DNA of 40,967 nucleotides from Gammaproteobacteria bacterium (GTDB lineage Bacteria; Pseudomonadota; Gammaproteobacteria; SZUA-229): NCBI GenBank assembly GCA_026196545.1, contig JAPHSZ010000043.1, positions 1 to 40,967 of the forward strand, read 5' to 3'. Shown piece by piece: positions 38,105 to 40,967 of this stretch (position 1 is its first letter; each line of letters starts with the position of its first letter). The notes under the pieces were generated by a model. It saw only the letters and a program-made list of their open reading frames with translations, ran no database searches and was not told where the DNA came from. The position numbers and the translations under genes were made by a program.

Positions 38105-40967
38105 ATGGAATACTTAAAAATGCTTAATAAAAAAACACCTATAAGTGCCAGTATTGCACTAATTCTAAGTTTAAGTGCTAATTTTGCATTAGCTGCCACT
38201 CACGTACAGGTTATTGACGCCGAAACATACCAAGGAAAAGAAGGTACCATCACATTTGATGATTGGGGCTTTGTGGGGCCTAATGGAAGAACTGCAGTCG
38301 ATTTTGAGCCTGTCAATGGTTTTGGCGGACCTGCAGAGGGTAATGCATTGGATCCAACAGGTGGAATAGGCCAGATACAGCATGTTGTTACTCGAGATGC
38401 TGACGGGTTGACACCTGATGCCCCCGTCACCACCGTAGGTGATTTGTACGGCTTCCCAACATATGGCGGTGGTAGCATGGATGCCACGGTTAGTTTTTAT
38501 CACTGGGCATATACAACAAAGGGCGGATCTGTGTTTAGTAATATGTTCATCGACAAAGACGGTGATTATTTTATTGCTCAAAAAGATATGTCGTTTCTTC
38601 TATATAATTCATACACACATAACGGTACTTTAGCGACTGATGATCCTGATTATTATGCGGATGGAACTTATGCGACAAGAATCGCTTTTCAACCCTACGT
38701 ACTATCAGATGCCAAGGGTTGGTGTGGCTCGATACTAGCATCAAATCCTGGCGCACTTCAGCCAATGGCTGGTCAAGTCTCGTTTGATTTTGCATTTGAT
38801 GTTTATTTTCAGTCTGAAACTGCACCAGGTTCAGGTATATTTACATATAATTACAGCAGCACTGAAATTGTTAAAGACTTTCAAATGCGTAGTTATGGAG
38901 AGATTACTGTAGATATCGATAATCCTCCTGAGATAACTTCTGATCCACAGTATATGAATGCCAGCGCTGTCGTTAATAACACAAATCCCGGTATTGGTAA
39001 TGTCTTAGTAGATGGGGCCCCAGTAGATCCAGCTTATTACAATCTCGTCTCATTCATGGGTGCCGGCGTACTGGATAGTCAAAATCGTTGTGGCATACTA
39101 AATCCTGACTTTGTTGGAGGCATAGGACTAACAAGCACCGACAATTTCAAATACACAGGACTTATTGATGGTGTCGCTGATGAAGCCGAATGTAATGCTG
39201 CGGGCGGCACATGGCAAGGGCACGCATATGGTGGTTATGCCTATATTTTACGAGCTGATGGCATACGTGTGATTGAAGCCATGGATTATGCGGCATATCC
39301 AGATCTTACTGATGTGCCAACTGTAGTAGGCGGTGTTGCATTCAATAACGATGAGTTTTCTGCATCTAAACCTATAGCAGATATAACAGGAACACCTGCT
39401 GAATTTAGCTTTGTAGATCAAACAGACGTTGCTCTAGATACTCAGGTAACTTCAAATGTTGTAACGATGACAGATCTTGCTCGTGATACAGTTATTACTG
39501 TTTCGGGTGGCGAGTACAGCATAAATGGGGGAGCTTATACTTCAGCTAGAGGTGCTGTAGTGGATAATGATTTAGTGCAATTACGTACTACATCATCGGG
39601 TAGTTCTAATATGACGGTAGATGTGACATTAACGGTAGGTTCTGTTAGTGATACGTTCAGTGTAACAACTGCTGCCGCACCTGATACCACGCCAGATCTG
39701 TTTAGCTTCACTGATCAAACTAATCTTGGGTTAAATAAACTCGTTGTATCTGATCCGATAACAGTTACTGGTATTAATACTACGACATCTATATCTGTGA
39801 CGGGTGGTGAATATAATATTAATGGAAGTGGATATACTTCTATACCTGGTTCAGTTGATAATGGTGATGTAGTGACTGTACGTCATACAACAGCTCCAAC
39901 AGATCAAACAACAGTAAATACAAACCTGGATATAGGCGGTGTTGTTGATACATTTAGCTCAACCACACAGGTTGACACAACTCCTGATGCATTTAGCTTT
40001 GTAGATCAGATAAATGTAGCACTGGAATCTGTTATTAACTCTAACAGCATTACGGTTGCTGGCATTAATATGCCATCATCAATTGCCATTACAGGTGGTG
40101 AATATAGCATCAATGGTGGTGAGTTTACATCGGCAGCGGGTAGTGTTAGCAATGGTGATACGGTAGTAGTTCGTATTGAATCATCTGTTTATGGTAAGTA
40201 TTCGGTAAGTGCTACCTTAGACATCGGTGGTATCAGCGATACATTCATTGTAACCACTGATTGGGATACTATACCAAATCAATTTAGCTTCTATGATCGA
40301 ACAGGTGCTCAGTTAAACACGTTATATAACTCTACAAATAGTATACAGGTATCAGGTGTGAATAATAATGCACCAATATCTGTAACAGGTGGTGAGTACA
40401 GCATCGATGGTGGTGCATGGACCTCAGCATCAGGTACAGTTAATGTGTTGAGTCGTGTGCTGCTTCGCCAGACTAGTGCTTCTACCGGTAGTACACAGAC
40501 AGACACAGTACTGACTATTGGTGGTGTTAGCGCAACCTTTAGTGTTACAACAAAAGTCACTGATACTACACCGAATTCATTTAGTTACTATGATCGGATC
40601 GATGCACAGTTGGGCTATTTGTATAATTCAACCAATAGTATTCAGGTTTCTGGTATTACTGGTGATGCACCAATATCTGTAACAGGTGGTGAGTACAGTA
40701 TCGATGGTGGTGCATGGACTTCAGCCCCTGGTACGGTCAGCAACTTAAGTCGTGTGCTGCTTCGCCAGACTAGTGCTTCTACCGGTAGTACACAGACAGA
40801 CACAGTACTGACTATTGGTGGCGTCAGTGCAACCTTTAGTATCACTACTAAAGCGGCACCCGCACCTGACACCACACCAAATCAGTTCAGCTACTACGAC
40901 CGTACTGGTGCACAGCTGAACTACTTGTACAATTCAACCAATAGTATTCAGGTTTCTGGTATTACTG
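38105..40967 (+). CDS. Secreted surface/repeat protein, 3' end outside the window (partial)
   Basis: Not in the supplied ORF track, presumably because no stop is reached. I translated it by hand from ATG 38105 and found an open frame through 40967 (954 codons). The signal peptide is MEYLKMLNKKTPISASIALILSLSANFALA/AT. A ~400-aa N-terminal region follows that I cannot assign. From ~39392 there are tandem 97-102-aa domains (TP..FSF.DQ....V.S..I.V.GIN....I.V.GGEYSINGG..TS..G.V..GD.V.VR......T...L.IGGV.DTF.VTT). Confidence 0.8.
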   Translation, partial: MEYLKMLNKKTPISASIALILSLSANFALAATHVQVIDAETYQGKEGTITFDDWGFVGPNGRTAVDFEPVNGFGGPAEGNALDPTGGIGQIQHVVTRDADGLTPDAPVTTVGDLYGFPTYGGGSMDATVSFYHWAYTTKGGSVFSNMFIDKDGDYFIAQKDMSFLLYNSYTHNGTLATDDPDYYADGTYATRIAFQPYVLSDAKGWCGSILASNPGALQPMAGQVSFDFAFDVYFQSETAPGSGIFTYNYSSTEIVKDFQMRSYGEITVDIDNPPEITSDPQYMNASAVVNNTNPGIGNVLVDGAPVDPAYYNLVSFMGAGVLDSQNRCGILNPDFVGGIGLTSTDNFKYTGLIDGVADEAECNAAGGTWQGHAYGGYAYILRADGIRVIEAMDYAAYPDLTDVPTVVGGVAFNNDEFSASKPIADITGTPAEFSFVDQTDVALDTQVTSNVVTMTDLARDTVITVSGGEYSINGGAYTSARGAVVDNDLVQLRTTSSGSSNMTVDVTLTVGSVSDTFSVTTAAAPDTTPDLFSFTDQTNLGLNKLVVSDPITVTGINTTTSISVTGGEYNINGSGYTSIPGSVDNGDVVTVRHTTAPTDQTTVNTNLDIGGVVDTFSSTTQVDTTPDAFSFVDQINVALESVINSNSITVAGINMPSSIAITGGEYSINGGEFTSAAGSVSNGDTVVVRIESSVYGKYSVSATLDIGGISDTFIVTTDWDTIPNQFSFYDRTGAQLNTLYNSTNSIQVSGVNNNAPISVTGGEYSIDGGAWTSASGTVNVLSRVLLRQTSASTGSTQTDTVLTIGGVSATFSVTTKVTDTTPNSFSYYDRIDAQLGYLYNSTNSIQVSGITGDAPISVTGGEYSIDGGAWTSAPGTVSNLSRVLLRQTSASTGSTQTDTVLTIGGVSATFSITTKAAPAPDTTPNQFSYYDRTGAQLNYLYNSTNSIQVSGIT
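39392..40967 (+). repeat. Five complete + one partial tandem coding repeats of 291-306 nt, the last three nearly identical at DNA level
   Basis: The Pro codon of the T-P-x-x-F-S motif recurs in frame at 39395, 39692, 39983, 40274, 40571 and 40877. Stretches such as GTCGTGTGCTGCTTCGCCAGACTAGTGCTTCTACCGGTAGTACACAGACAGACACAGTACTGACTATTGGTGG occur identically at ~40452 and ~40749. The two antisense ORFs in the track (40309-40560, 40642-40875) share near-identical peptides for the same reason. Confidence 0.9.

Noticed and set aside
38189-40875. Minus-strand ORFs 38189-38581, 38200-38487, 38571-38825, 40309-40560 and 40642-40875, and plus-strand 38439-38633
   Set aside because: They are antisense or off-frame to the long open-ended plus-strand frame, which has a signal peptide and tandem domains. 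The two near-identical antisense peptides only mirror the DNA repeat.

Overview
AT-rich, gammaproteobacterium-like chromosomal window; the organism cannot be named from the sequence. All calls are by-eye motif readings of the supplied translations, with no database search. The layout runs left to right. (1) 110-2388 (+): three secreted genes, namely a c7-type trihaem cytochrome lipoprotein, an all-helical unknown and a dihaem c4-like cytochrome. (2) 2519-4607 (-): two overlapping membrane proteins of the fused membrane/spermidine-synthase-like type. (3) 4808-11928 (-): an envelope redox block of tetrahaem cytochrome, NHL-propeller lipoprotein, 672-aa predicted outer-membrane beta-barrel, second NHL lipoprotein and a 12-site multihaem cytochrome. 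(4) 12583-26382 (+): a two-partner secretion pair, TpsB plus a 3921-aa repeat-rich TpsA. It is followed directly by a class III nucleotide cyclase fused to an FHA domain (26406-27293). A PP2C phosphatase / transmembrane Hanks kinase-FGE operon (27319-32270, -) converges on that cyclase. (5) 32582-37832 (+): housekeeping and envelope-sugar genes (purT, manC-type, WbpA-like dehydrogenase, GT9). (6) 38105 to the window end (+): an open-ended secreted protein with 97-102-aa tandem domains that is missing from the ORF track. The two candidates for undescribed systems are the cytochrome/NHL/barrel block and the TPS-linked kinase/phosphatase/FHA-cyclase module. I found no rRNA, tRNA, CRISPR array, transposase or integrase.
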